In this document: one piece after another, positions 1 through 9,803 of the stretch
How positions within the stretch are numbered: position 1 is the stretch's first letter
How the letters are laid out: each line of letters starts with the position of its first letter
Assembly (NCBI GenBank): GCA_963823335.1
Contig: CAWGLD010000001.1
Location: forward strand, 1,888,001-1,952,000
Reading direction: 5' to 3'
Length of the DNA stretch: 64,000 nucleotides
Source: an uncultured delta proteobacterium
GTDB lineage: Bacteria > Desulfobacterota > Desulfobacteria > Desulfobacterales > B30-G6
The notes under the pieces: generated by a model
The model's input: the letters and a program-made list of their open reading frames with translations, nothing else
Databases searched by the model: none
Told to the model about the DNA's origin: nothing
Translations under genes and position numbers: made by a program

Positions 1-121
1 TCCAAACTAGACAGAATTCCTTACGGTCGAAGATTCCTCGCAGCTTGCTGCGAGGTTCTTCAAAATCTATGCCAAGCAGAATAATCACCAACCGGTCCTT
101 TATTTGTGGAGCAATGTCGTC

Positions 122-805
122 ATGGATAAAATACTGAAAATTATCTCCCAGATACCGCTTTTCCAGAATGTTCAGGAGCAAGATCTGAAAAAAATCCGGG
201 CCATCGCCGTGGATAAATTCTACAATAAAGGACGGACCGTATTTTCAGAGGGCGACAAGGGTATCGGTTTCTACGTGGTTGCAGATGGGAAGGTTAAGAT
301 CTACAAGGTTTCCATGGACGGCAAGGAGCAGATCCTGCATATCTATGGGCCTGGAAGTCCTTTTGGCGAAGTGGCTGTCTTTGCAGGAAAAAATTTCCCG
401 GCAAATGCCGAAACCTTGCTAAAAAGCCATCTTCTTTTTTTTCCGAGAGCCGCTTTTGTCGAACTGATCTCCAAAAATCCATCCCTCTGCCTGAATATGT
501 TGGCCATGCTTTCCATGCGGCTACGTCAGTTTACCCTTCAGGTGGAAAATCTGTCTTTGAAAGAGGTTCCCGGTCGTCTTGCCTCCTACCTGATCTATCT
601 TGCCCGTGAGCAGGGCGCCGAAGAAATGGTGACCCTGCCGGTTTCAAAGGGGCAGCTTGCAAGCCTGTTGGGTACCATCCCCGAAACATTGTCCCGTATT
701 CTCGGCAAAATGAGCATGAGTGGACTCATCTCTGTGGATGGGCACGAAATCAAGCTGCTCGATTCGACAGGCCTGGCAGATCTGGCGGAAAATGGAAAGC
801 TGTGA
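122..805 (+). CDS. Crp/Fnr family transcriptional regulator (HcpR-like)
   Basis: cNMP-binding domain (FSEGDK..FYVV..GKVKIYK..DGKEQIL, FGEVA) and C-terminal HTH (LASLLGTIPETLSR); ATG at 122 preferred over the ORF-track start at 104. Confidence 0.9.
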   Translation: MDKILKIISQIPLFQNVQEQDLKKIRAIAVDKFYNKGRTVFSEGDKGIGFYVVADGKVKIYKVSMDGKEQILHIYGPGSPFGEVAVFAGKNFPANAETLLKSHLLFFPRAAFVELISKNPSLCLNMLAMLSMRLRQFTLQVENLSLKEVPGRLASYLIYLAREQGAEEMVTLPVSKGQLASLLGTIPETLSRILGKMSMSGLISVDGHEIKLLDSTGLADLAENGKL

Positions 806-940
806 TTGTTTCTATTTTTTTGCCACAAAATACACAAATTTTGCAGTTAAAGGGCTAAAAGGCTAACTATGTTTCGAGGGAAATAGCCGTAAGCTTTAAA
901 CCATTAGCTGTTAGCAGCATCACAGTCTCCCAGCATAAAA

Positions 941-1144
941 TCACGTTGCAGGGTAGTTGATTTCCTTGAGCTGAGCCTTGATAATCTCCAGCGTCGCAGG
1001 TGCTTCCCATGCCACTGTCATGGATTTCATTTCTGGATCGCCATCCACCGTACGGACACCTTCCAACTCACTCAGTTCGTTTTTAATACTCATCACACAG
1101 TGTCCACAGGATATATTCGGTATGGTAAAGGTTGTTTTTTCCAT
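941..1144 (-). CDS. CopZ-like heavy-metal-associated (HMA) protein or domain with its own start signal
   Basis: MEKTTFTIPNISCGHC metal-binding motif; AGGAGA Shine-Dalgarno just upstream of ATG 1144, in frame with the upstream ORF. Confidence 0.8.
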   Translation of the reverse strand: MEKTTFTIPNISCGHCVMSIKNELSELEGVRTVDGDPEMKSMTVAWEAPATLEIIKAQLKEINYPAT

Positions 1145-1948
1145 GGTATCTTCTCCTAATGTATTTACCAAGAAGTCAAAATCAGATTTCTTGAAAATTT
1201 GTGCGAAACGTTCGCCGTGTCGACTGTTTCGTTTGTAGAAAGTAATGCAGTATTGGATAATATCAAGAACCTTTTTCTCCGTGTACACCCCCGGCAGTTC
1301 CATTGCCAATCGAGGATGCCTCCCTAACTTTCCACCGAGCAGAACCCTGAATCCGCTTTTCCGTTCCTGAATGGTTTGGGTGGGGCACACCCGTATGCAT
1401 TTCCCACAGGACATACATCGTTGCATGTCGATGTCTGGTTTTTCAGGGGTGCTGTGAAGATGGATGCAGTTGTCCGGACAGGCCTCAACACAAGCCTCGC
1501 AAGCGGTGCAGACTTCATCTGTAACATCGGGAATCTGGGCAGCGATGATACCGATGTCCTTGATCTGGGGTTGAGAGCATGCATTGGGGCATTCTGCAAT
1601 GGTGATTCTGAACTCATGGTGGTATTTGAGATCTCCCTGGACATGATGTTTCAAGAAAGAGAGAAGATCTTCTGTTATCATCATTTTCTCTATCCGTTCG
1701 AGAAGTTTTTCCGAAGGAATCGTCCGGTTGGGACAGCCGCTCGACCCAAAACAGGTATCGAGCTGATAGCCCTTGATTTCCTCACTCATCATTTGCAGAT
1801 GCCGTTTCTGGGCTGTTTTGACATCCGCCAGGGTAACGGTTTTCTTTCCTGTCTCCGCCACCTGTGCTTCGATGCGTGCCCGAACTTTTTTTCTGACAAA
1901 AAATGGTACTTTTTTTACTGCGTTTTCAGCTTCTTTTGTCCACTCCAA
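941..1948 (-). CDS. Nitrite/sulfite reductase-like 4Fe-4S protein: N-terminal PCP-reductase-like domain, NIR_SIR motifs, 2x4Fe-4S ferredoxin, in-frame C-terminal HMA domain
   Basis: WTKEAENAVKKVPFFVRKK N-terminus; TCFGSSGCPN and CPNACS motifs; CTACEACVEAC and CMSCGKCIRVC; TTG start at 1948 preceded by GGGGG. Confidence 0.8.
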   Translation of the reverse strand: MEWTKEAENAVKKVPFFVRKKVRARIEAQVAETGKKTVTLADVKTAQKRHLQMMSEEIKGYQLDTCFGSSGCPNRTIPSEKLLERIEKMMITEDLLSFLKHHVQGDLKYHHEFRITIAECPNACSQPQIKDIGIIAAQIPDVTDEVCTACEACVEACPDNCIHLHSTPEKPDIDMQRCMSCGKCIRVCPTQTIQERKSGFRVLLGGKLGRHPRLAMELPGVYTEKKVLDIIQYCITFYKRNSRHGERFAQIFKKSDFDFLVNTLGEDTMEKTTFTIPNISCGHCVMSIKNELSELEGVRTVDGDPEMKSMTVAWEAPATLEIIKAQLKEINYPAT

Positions 1949-2150
1949 GGCATTGCCCCCTATGACAACCACACGGTTGCCGGTATCAGTTATACTGTTT
2001 GTCAGAATAACGTTCCGAAGCGTTAGCCGAAAGCCAAACGGAACATACTTATGAGAACGGCCATATCTATATTGTATGCCAAAATAGCGACAATGTCGCG
2101 TCATATAAAATCGTATAACGATATTATTATCACAACGTGGTATGCAGGCA

Positions 2151-2164
2151 TTGATTTAAGTCAA
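2151..2164. promoter_or_regulatory. FNR/Crp-type palindromic box TTGATTTAAGTCAA
   Basis: One mismatch from TTGAT-N4-ATCAA; lies in the divergent intergenic region near a Crp/Fnr regulator gene. Confidence 0.5.
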
Positions 2165-2220
2165 AAATATGATATACGTGATTTCTGTGGCATCGTATGC
2201 GGTCCTCCGGCGATTTAATT

Positions 2221-2249
2221 TTGACATAATTAAAGACGATACCTATTTT
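2221..2249 (+). promoter_or_regulatory. Sigma-70-type promoter upstream of the resB-like gene
   Basis: TTGACA-N17-TATTTT. Confidence 0.55.
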
Positions 2250-2297
2250 AGCGGGTACGTTTTACGAACTCCACTGGAAAGGTGATTCAGACAATCC

Positions 2298-3713
2298 ATG
2301 GCAGACAAGAACCCCATATGGAAATTTTTTGTGTCGATTCGACTGACCGTTGTGTTGCTGCTGTCTCTGGCGGCTACATCTGTCATTGGTACCCTTGTGC
2401 CACAGAATGCGAATCCTGAGAGCTATTTTCATCAATACGGCGCGTTTTTCTATCGTTTATTCGACATCCTCAATGTTTTTGACATGTATCACTCCTGGTG
2501 GTTTCAGCTATTGTTGTTGTTGCTCATCTGCAACATTATTGCCTGTTCCATCGATCGGATCGGCAGTACCTGGAAAATAGTGTTCCCCAAAGAAATCACA
2601 TTCAAACTCAGCCTGTTTCAAAAACTGAAACAAAAAGAGAGTTTCACTGACCCACGGCTGCCGCAAGAACTGGAAAATGACTTTACCGCCGTTTTTACCA
2701 AGGCGTTTGGCCCCCCCAGAGTTGAAAAAACAGACCAGGGTTTTTCCTTGTTTGCGGAAAAAGGACGCTGGACCCGATTAGGTGTCTATATCGTGCATTC
2801 GAGTATTCTTTTTCTCATCGTCGGCGCCATGATCGGATCGATGTTTGGGTTTGAGGGCTATGTGAACATTCCGGAAGGTGAGCGTGTCGACCATGTGCAA
2901 CTCAGGAATACAGACCGGAGTCAGCATCTTGGTTTTGAAATTCAATGCAACAAATTCAGTTTGACTACCTATAAGAATGGTGCGCCAAAAGAATACCGCT
3001 CCAGTCTGACGATTCTGGAAAACGGAGAACCCGTTTTTACGAAAGACATTATTGTCAATGATCCCCTGCAGTACAAGGGGATTAGCATCTTCCAGTCGAG
3101 TTACGGAGAAATGTCACCCCAACGAACCGAGACGCCGGTGTTTTCTCCTGACGATATCCAGCTTGCCTTTTTCGTGAATGCATCGGGGATGGTTTACAAA
3201 CGAACAGTCGAGCTTGGAAAACCCCTGGAAATCCCGGAGGGAATGGGCAAGTTCGTTGTCATGGATTTCATGGAATCGGCTTCATTTATGGGGCAGAATA
3301 TCGGAGCGGCCTTGATAGGAATCCTGACGCCAGTGGGCGGTGAACCCACAGAGGTTACCTTGCCGATCGAATTCCCCAATTTCGATAAAATGAGAAAAGG
3401 GGATGTGATTATTTCGGTTGTCCATCAACATGAAAAGCAGCCGCTTGAAAAGAACCCTGGAAACAGGCAATATTATACCGGGCTGCAAGTGGTCAAAGAC
3501 CCCGGTGTGTGGGTCGTTTATTCAGGATTTATTGTCATGATCGTCGGTATTATCATTACTTTTTTTATGTCTCACCAGCGTCTTTGCGTTGACGTCAGCC
3601 GCAAAGGAAGTAAAAGCTGGATAATGGTCGCGGGGACAGCCAACAAGAATAAATTGGGAATGGGGATAAAGACAGAAAAGCTGGCACGACTTCTGGGCAA
3701 ACCCGATAAATGA
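2298..3713 (+). CDS. resB: Cytochrome c biogenesis protein ResB/CcsB (System II)
   Basis: N-terminal TM with IGTLVPQN, MYHSWWF, LGVYIVHSS, IIVNDPL, C-terminal DPGVWVVYSGF. Confidence 0.9.
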   Translation: MADKNPIWKFFVSIRLTVVLLLSLAATSVIGTLVPQNANPESYFHQYGAFFYRLFDILNVFDMYHSWWFQLLLLLLICNIIACSIDRIGSTWKIVFPKEITFKLSLFQKLKQKESFTDPRLPQELENDFTAVFTKAFGPPRVEKTDQGFSLFAEKGRWTRLGVYIVHSSILFLIVGAMIGSMFGFEGYVNIPEGERVDHVQLRNTDRSQHLGFEIQCNKFSLTTYKNGAPKEYRSSLTILENGEPVFTKDIIVNDPLQYKGISIFQSSYGEMSPQRTETPVFSPDDIQLAFFVNASGMVYKRTVELGKPLEIPEGMGKFVVMDFMESASFMGQNIGAALIGILTPVGGEPTEVTLPIEFPNFDKMRKGDVIISVVHQHEKQPLEKNPGNRQYYTGLQVVKDPGVWVVYSGFIVMIVGIIITFFMSHQRLCVDVSRKGSKSWIMVAGTANKNKLGMGIKTEKLARLLGKPDK

Positions 3714-3777
3714 ACCGCATAGAGCGACGCTGTCGCGCTCGATAAAATCGTTGCACGATTATATTCTGAGGTTGGAT

Positions 3778-4617
3778 ATGAACAGTTCTGAATTATTGTC
3801 TGTCGTAACATTTGGTTATGGGATAGCAGCGACGCTGTATCTGGTTTCGTGGATATTTCAAAAACCATTCCCCAGCCAGCTTGCCAAAGGGGCTGCCATT
3901 TTGACGGTCATCGCTAATCTGGCTGGATTTTTCATGCGTTGGGCAGAGTCGTATGAACTTGGCATTGGCCATGCTCCCTTGTCGAACATGTATGAATCGC
4001 TGGTTTTTTTCGCTCTGACCATCGGTGTTATCTACCTGTTCATCGAAATCCGTTATCGAAACCCCGTGATCGGGGTTTTTGCGACACCGATTGCGTGTCT
4101 GGCTATGGCTTATGCGTCCATGTCTCCCAATGTCAGCGATCGCATCCAGCCACTGGTTCCGGCCTTGAAGAGCAACTGGCTCATTGCGCACGTTTTTACC
4201 TGCTTCTTTGGTTATGCCGCCTTTACAATCGCGTTTGGTGTCAGCATCATGTATTTGTTAAAGCAACAGGAGCGCACGGATGGAACGGGACTGCTGGTAA
4301 GGCTTCCGCACTTGAATATACTGGATGACCTGACCCACCGCATGGTTTTGTTCGGGTTTCTGTTCCTTTCCGTCGGTATCATTACCGGGGCTGTATGGGC
4401 CAACTCGGCCTGGGGGAGTTATTGGTCCTGGGACCCCAAGGAAACCTGGTCTCTCATTACCTGGTTTGTCTATGCAACGCTTCTGCATGCCAGGCTGGTA
4501 CGGGGGTGGCACGGCAGAAAGATTGCCTACCTTTCGATTGTCGGGTTCATGGCCATGCTGTTTACCTACTTTGGTGTGAACTACCTGCCGGGGCTGCACA
4601 GTTACGGTTCCTTCTAA
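3778..4617 (+). CDS. ccsA: Cytochrome c biogenesis protein CcsA/ResC
   Basis: HAPLSNMYES, WLIAHV, WWD domain GAVWANSAWGSYWSWDPKETW, C-terminal GLHSYG. Confidence 0.95.
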   Translation: MNSSELLSVVTFGYGIAATLYLVSWIFQKPFPSQLAKGAAILTVIANLAGFFMRWAESYELGIGHAPLSNMYESLVFFALTIGVIYLFIEIRYRNPVIGVFATPIACLAMAYASMSPNVSDRIQPLVPALKSNWLIAHVFTCFFGYAAFTIAFGVSIMYLLKQQERTDGTGLLVRLPHLNILDDLTHRMVLFGFLFLSVGIITGAVWANSAWGSYWSWDPKETWSLITWFVYATLLHARLVRGWHGRKIAYLSIVGFMAMLFTYFGVNYLPGLHSYGSF

Positions 4618-4642
4618 AAGGTATTTTACACTTGGAGGGATA

Positions 4643-4960
4643 ATGATTGAAATTCATCTGTATGGCAAATTACGTGAGGTGCTGGGCGATGACATTCTTT
4701 CAGAAAGCAACGTTCTGAGGCTTTCTCCCGAACCCGGTGAAACTATGGCATCTGTTTTGGTGCGTATCGGCATATCGTCGGGAGATGTCTACAGTCTTTT
4801 TCTGAACGCCAGACTGCTGGCTGCCCGAAGCAATATGGCGCGCTGGCTCGGATACCAGCAGGCTGGGGTTGATCCCTTGTCCTGGGATCTGAATGTTCCG
4901 GTTTCTTCAGGTGATCGAATCGGTGTTTTCGGGCGCGACATGGCTGCCCTGGTGGTATAG
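4643..4960 (+). CDS. Small MoaD/ThiS-like (ubiquitin-like fold) hypothetical protein
   Basis: MIEIHLYGKLR N-terminus and GDRIGVFG near the C-terminus; GGAGG SD; no terminal GG. Confidence 0.55.
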   Translation: MIEIHLYGKLREVLGDDILSESNVLRLSPEPGETMASVLVRIGISSGDVYSLFLNARLLAARSNMARWLGYQQAGVDPLSWDLNVPVSSGDRIGVFGRDMAALVV

Positions 4961-5071
4961 AGGTGAGCGATATGCCTGGTGACACCATCTTTAAAAGGCT
5001 TGGATGGAATGATGTTTGATCAGGTACTTGCGTTGACGCTTCTGCCTGAAGGTCAATCCTTCAAAAAGGAA

Positions 5072-8032
5072 TTATCTGGTGCTGTGCGGGGACAGGGGTG
5101 AGAAATCGAACAGCAGGATTTCCTTCTCGAGAATAAGGTTGTCGCGATTGATCTGCAAGGGATAGCTGCGCCCCGGATCCGCGGTGAAAAGCCCGTATCT
5201 CAAATCGGCCAGGGAGTGTATGACAATATGGTTGAAGCGGGTAATGATGTCATCTTTTTCCAGACCGGACCTTTGGGCGGGGCTGTTATCTGCCACGCTC
5301 TTAACCAGAAGCCCCGTTTCTGTATTTTCCACGGCAACGCCCAGTTTTGACGATCGGGCCCCTTCGATTTTGTTGGTCTGCAGCACATAGTCCGCGATAC
5401 CGTTTTCCAGGGTTTCGTCCTGCAGTATAATGACGGAAGAGGTCATGATACGACGGTGGAGCCGCTTGGGAATCCCATAACCATGCCGCAGATGGCCATT
5501 GCCTGCCAGAACAATCAGTTTTCGTTGGGGGAATTTCTGGAGAAACCGATACGCCGTCTCGGCCATTGTTTCATCCCACAAGACCTGTGCCTGATAGAAA
5601 TAATTGAAGGTTTGGAGAGCTTCCTGGTCCTTGTGAAGGGTAAAGACTTCTCTCAGATCATAGGCATAACGATTATCAGAAAAATCAAGATCTTCAGGTA
5701 TGAGATCTTGATCTGCAGGGTCAAGCCCGTCAATTCCGGATCGAGATACCTGCCGGGTGATTTTCTCGGGCAAATTGAGCGCGACCAGAGGGATGTGATT
5801 TGTTTTGATGAAATCGATGATGGGTTTGTAAAGATGAAAGTCGTAGCCCCATTCTTCAAAATAGTGGGTCTGATTGAGAAATGCCTGCTCATCGATATCA
5901 TCAGAGAGATAGGCATCGATAATACTCTGAAAGGGTTTCTTGAACATTTCCATACCGACACCGAAATCAGCGCCGGCTTCGTGGAACTTCTGGATGATCT
6001 GAAGTTGGTTGATATGGTGTTCGAACCGATTATGTTGCTCCCCGACAAAGATGACCCGTTTGTCCATAAGCTCCGGGATAATCTTGTCGAGGGTTGGCAT
6101 TTGGCCCGGCAAGACGGCCGTGGTGGGTGTTGGTTCGAAAATGACGATGCCATTTTGGGTCTCGGCAAGCTCTTTGTGGATATTGTGGCCCTGGTTGAAT
6201 GCCAGATCCGAATACTGACCGTAATGGCGCAGCTTTTGCCGGATGGCTTCTGCTTCAGCCTTGTTGGTAACATCGGCCAGCAGAATCCGTTGGGCCGCAT
6301 GGAAGGGGTTTTTGAAAATTCTCAGACGAACACCCGCCCCGGGCGGGTCCAATTTCCCGAACAGCCTTTTTGCGAGCTCGCTGTTGGAATCGGCGATGAG
6401 AAGATTCTGTTCATTCAGGCCGGTGATTTGTATTTTGTCGGATGTCATGTAGATGATGTCCGGAATAGCGAGTGCCTCCATAAGGGGTTGGAAGCTGTCT
6501 CTTTTTTCGGGCGGAACAACTGCCACGATCTCAGGGTTCCCCAATAGGGCGGCCAGCACCGGCGGTGTTTCGGCCTCGGTAAGGTGGCGCATGACATGAT
6601 AGTGCTCATCCAGAACTACGCTGGAGGGGAGTGCCTCCAGGGGCAGGTCGATGTTTCCGGAGGTTATCTTGTCGATCAACCTCACAGATACTGTATCATC
6701 GGTGTAAATCGATATGGGTAGTGTCAATGGCGGTGGGTCTGGTTCACGGTTTAGATCGAATGCCAGGTGTAGTTTTCCTTTGTTCACGGAAAGGTGGGCA
6801 TTTTCGATGTCAAGCACGGGTATGTCGTTTGAGCTCAGCCAGGCAGCAAAGGTTTCTTCCAGGGGTACTCCCGCAATCGTTTCAAACGATGTCTGTACAT
6901 CCTGCCACGATGCCCTGCGAAAGAGATGTTGTTGGAAAAAATCCCTCAGGGCAAGACGGAATCGATCCGGGCCGAGACGATTTTGAAGCTCATGAAAAAA
7001 CATGGCGGCTTTGCCATAGCCGATCACCCCCTCGGAACGGTTTCTGCGATATTGGAAAGCGCTCAAAGGGATGACGGTCTCCGGCCGGATATAGGCCTTG
7101 TAATCCACCATGATCTGTTTTCGATAGGCAGTGTCCCGGCCATCTTCGGCGGCAGTGTCATGGTCTGACAGATAGGTGGTGAGTCCTTCTGCCCAGTTAC
7201 CATATGTGCTGTCGATATAAACAGCATTTCCGAACCATTGATGAAGTATCTCGTGTCCCAATGAGGTCTTGACGATGAAGGGCAGGCGGACGACATCTCT
7301 GCCCAGCAGGGTAAAGGTTGGCAGGGATATGCCTGTGGGGAGGATGTTTTCCACAATGGCAAAGCGGCGGTAGGGGTAAAAAGTCAGCAGTTCCTGATAT
7401 TTCTGCAAGAATGCAATAGCATGGCGGATGTAAATTTCAGCCAGACCGGCATCTTCCTCAAAAAAACAGGCTTCTATTTCGATGCCTTGGTAATAGTCTC
7501 TTTGAACCGTAAATCGGCTCGAAGCCACTAGATGAACCGCATCCACAGGATGCTGAAAATCAAACGTATAGGTGGCCATACTGCCCGATCGTTCTCGATG
7601 GATGGTGTCGGCTTCCGATACAGCGACGAATTCGTGGGGAATCTTCAGGGTCAGTCGATATTCGGCCAGAGACGAAGGCAGGGGATACCAATGATTGGTC
7701 AGGAAAACATGTTCCGTATCCAGGAAAGACTCTGTCATATCCGTCGATAAGACCTGAAATGAGAGGTGTGTTTCCACACCTTTGGTCACTTTCATTACCA
7801 TGGTGTTTTCAGATTGTGTTATGACGCTGCCCGTGTGAACAATGAGATTGTCAAGGTTCGTTATGCCGAGGGTTACTTGCCTGTCATGTTGTGACGATAT
7901 GTGTGCCGTGCCGGAAATTATTTTTCGAGAGGGGTCGATATGGACATCCAGGGCATAGCGCAGATCTGCACACAGACCGGTTGCAGGTATTGTGAGCAGA
8001 CAAGCGATTATCAGTCTTTGTATGATCCGCAT
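5072..8032 (-). CDS. Secreted M1 family aminopeptidase - ChaN (heme-uptake-like) - PDZ fusion protein
   Basis: Signal peptide; HEILH-x18-E zinc motif and YGKAAM Tyr; ChaN-like VIFVGEQH..GMEMF..QVLWDETMA..LAGNGH; C-terminal PDZ (SPAQRSGLEKDDIIT). Confidence 0.85.
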   Translation of the reverse strand: MRIIQRLIIACLLTIPATGLCADLRYALDVHIDPSRKIISGTAHISSQHDRQVTLGITNLDNLIVHTGSVITQSENTMVMKVTKGVETHLSFQVLSTDMTESFLDTEHVFLTNHWYPLPSSLAEYRLTLKIPHEFVAVSEADTIHRERSGSMATYTFDFQHPVDAVHLVASSRFTVQRDYYQGIEIEACFFEEDAGLAEIYIRHAIAFLQKYQELLTFYPYRRFAIVENILPTGISLPTFTLLGRDVVRLPFIVKTSLGHEILHQWFGNAVYIDSTYGNWAEGLTTYLSDHDTAAEDGRDTAYRKQIMVDYKAYIRPETVIPLSAFQYRRNRSEGVIGYGKAAMFFHELQNRLGPDRFRLALRDFFQQHLFRRASWQDVQTSFETIAGVPLEETFAAWLSSNDIPVLDIENAHLSVNKGKLHLAFDLNREPDPPPLTLPISIYTDDTVSVRLIDKITSGNIDLPLEALPSSVVLDEHYHVMRHLTEAETPPVLAALLGNPEIVAVVPPEKRDSFQPLMEALAIPDIIYMTSDKIQITGLNEQNLLIADSNSELAKRLFGKLDPPGAGVRLRIFKNPFHAAQRILLADVTNKAEAEAIRQKLRHYGQYSDLAFNQGHNIHKELAETQNGIVIFEPTPTTAVLPGQMPTLDKIIPELMDKRVIFVGEQHNRFEHHINQLQIIQKFHEAGADFGVGMEMFKKPFQSIIDAYLSDDIDEQAFLNQTHYFEEWGYDFHLYKPIIDFIKTNHIPLVALNLPEKITRQVSRSGIDGLDPADQDLIPEDLDFSDNRYAYDLREVFTLHKDQEALQTFNYFYQAQVLWDETMAETAYRFLQKFPQRKLIVLAGNGHLRHGYGIPKRLHRRIMTSSVIILQDETLENGIADYVLQTNKIEGARSSKLGVAVENTETGLLVKSVADNSPAQRSGLEKDDIITRFNHIVIHSLADLRYGLFTADPGRSYPLQINRDNLILEKEILLFDFSPLSPHSTR

Positions 8033-8042
8033 GGATTTGTTC

Positions 8043-8498
8043 TTACGATTTTATTTCCTGAAGTGTTTCAATGTGCTGGTATTCTTCGGCAATAATCTGG
8101 TCGAGGATTTTAAGAACCTTCCGGTCTTTGATAAAGGTTCGCAGCATCTCATAGAACAGGATGCCGTCTTTTTCGAACTCGATAAAAATGTTTAGGAGCT
8201 TGCGCATGTCGCCCACTTCAGTGAAATCGATGTCCTGCAGCGTAAAACTCTGTTTGCCGATGATATCGTGCAGTATATCACTGTTCATATCATTCACGGT
8301 AATGCTGTTTTTATGGGTGTCAGGATCGGATTGCAATTTCATGAACCATTCTGCGTGACGGGCTTCCTCGTCCGCCATCCAGGTCAAGCGTTTGGCCATG
8401 TCCGGGTTCATTAAATCCTGAACAGCCCGGCGATAGACGGCTTCACCGTTTTGTTCTAGCTTGAGTGCCATGTCCAATATTTCTTTGGAGGTAAACAT
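8043..8498 (-). CDS. Rubrerythrin/ferritin-like family protein
   Basis: EILDMALKLEQNGE, ADEEARH, IEFEKDGILFY, IAEEYQH di-iron motifs. Confidence 0.85.
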   Translation of the reverse strand: MFTSKEILDMALKLEQNGEAVYRRAVQDLMNPDMAKRLTWMADEEARHAEWFMKLQSDPDTHKNSITVNDMNSDILHDIIGKQSFTLQDIDFTEVGDMRKLLNIFIEFEKDGILFYEMLRTFIKDRKVLKILDQIIAEEYQHIETLQEIKS

Positions 8499-8623
8499 AG
8501 ATTTCCATCCTTGGTCAAAAATCTGCTTGATATTCAAGATCGAAGGCTTAGAGTGATAGAATAAATACTTGATTTTGAACGAAATGGCAAAAGAAACTTT
8601 ATAATGAACAAAGGGACCATGGG

Positions 8624-9757
8624 ATGCGAAAACTCATCTTTGGCATATTGCTTCTGACGGTTGTTGGAATCGGTCTGCTACACATAGTTACACCTGGTGA
8701 GCTTGTTTTCTATCATGATACCTATCGGCGTCTGAGCTATTTCCCCATAGCGGTAGGGGCGATTCTCTTTGGTGTCACGGGTGGTCTGACACTGGCTATC
8801 CTGACGTCCCTGGCATTTATTCCCCATATTCTTCTATTTATAGGTGCAGGGGCTGACGCATATCTCAGTGAATTGACCGAGATTCTGCTCTACCTTGCCG
8901 TGGCTGTGGTTATCGGGTTTATCGCATCCAGAGAGCGGCGCTTGCGGGAAGAGTATGAGCGCTTGTCCGCAAAGCTGAAACGCTCTTATGCCACTCTTCA
9001 CAGTGAGACCGAACTTCTGTTGGAAGTGGAAGAACAGCTGAAAGCCAGTCAAAAGCTGTCGATTCTTGGCAATCTATCAGCCTCTCTGGCTCATGAGATA
9101 AAAAATCCCCTGGGCTCCATAAAGGGAACCGCCGAGATTCTTCTGGATGATTTTCCAGAGGGTCATCCCAAGCATGAGTTTGTCAAAATCCTGATACAGG
9201 AGGTGGACAGACTCAATCTGTCTGTGGATGAGGTTCTCAGATTTTCCAGGCCGCCCCAGAAAGTCGAACGCAAAAGAGACTGGGAACCCCTGCCAAACGT
9301 CATCAAACGTGTTTTCGATCTGACAAAGAACAGAATAGACAAAAAAAATCTTGTATTCGGGCTGACAAAAATTGATGACTGCGAGGAGTGCCTCGTGGAT
9401 GGCCATCACTATTCACAGGTGTTGTTGAATATCGTGTTAAATGCCGTCGATGCCGTGGAAAACGACGGTCGTGTGGAGATCGGATGTCAACGGGTGGCGG
9501 GGTCGTGGGCTGTGGTTTCCATTTCAGACGATGGCCCGGGTGTTGCTGACGCTGATCTGGAAAGGGTGTTTGAGCCGTTTTATTCCAGAAAAGAGACCGG
9601 AACGGGTCTTGGCCTGTCCATCAGTAAGAAGATCGTCGAGAGCTATGGAGGCAAATTGGATATCCAAGCTTCCAGATGGGGCGGGGCCTGCTTCAAGGTG
9701 TGGGTGCCGCTGTCCTCACCAACCACCTATTTGCCGGACCAGGGGTCTGACGTGTAA
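8624..9757 (+). CDS. Membrane sensor histidine kinase
   Basis: Several TM segments; H-box LAHEIKNPL; N, D/G1 (ISDDGPG), F and G2 (GTGLGL) boxes. Confidence 0.92.
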   Translation: MRKLIFGILLLTVVGIGLLHIVTPGELVFYHDTYRRLSYFPIAVGAILFGVTGGLTLAILTSLAFIPHILLFIGAGADAYLSELTEILLYLAVAVVIGFIASRERRLREEYERLSAKLKRSYATLHSETELLLEVEEQLKASQKLSILGNLSASLAHEIKNPLGSIKGTAEILLDDFPEGHPKHEFVKILIQEVDRLNLSVDEVLRFSRPPQKVERKRDWEPLPNVIKRVFDLTKNRIDKKNLVFGLTKIDDCEECLVDGHHYSQVLLNIVLNAVDAVENDGRVEIGCQRVAGSWAVVSISDDGPGVADADLERVFEPFYSRKETGTGLGLSISKKIVESYGGKLDIQASRWGGACFKVWVPLSSPTTYLPDQGSDV

Positions 9758-9803
9758 GACATACGCATGGTTTCTCAAAAAATCATGTCAGAGAGGTATT
9801 GCA

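Noticed and set aside
58-76. Minus-strand sigma-54-like TTGGCATAGATTTTGAA, and a similar TGGCAAGAATTATGAA near 59341
   Set aside because: The -12 element is GA rather than GC, so support is too weak
5184-7750. Long antisense or overlapping ORFs (e.g. 5456-6547 +; likewise 47464-48336 - and 59563-60423 -)
   Set aside because: Shadow ORFs opposite well-supported genes, with no recognisable motifs
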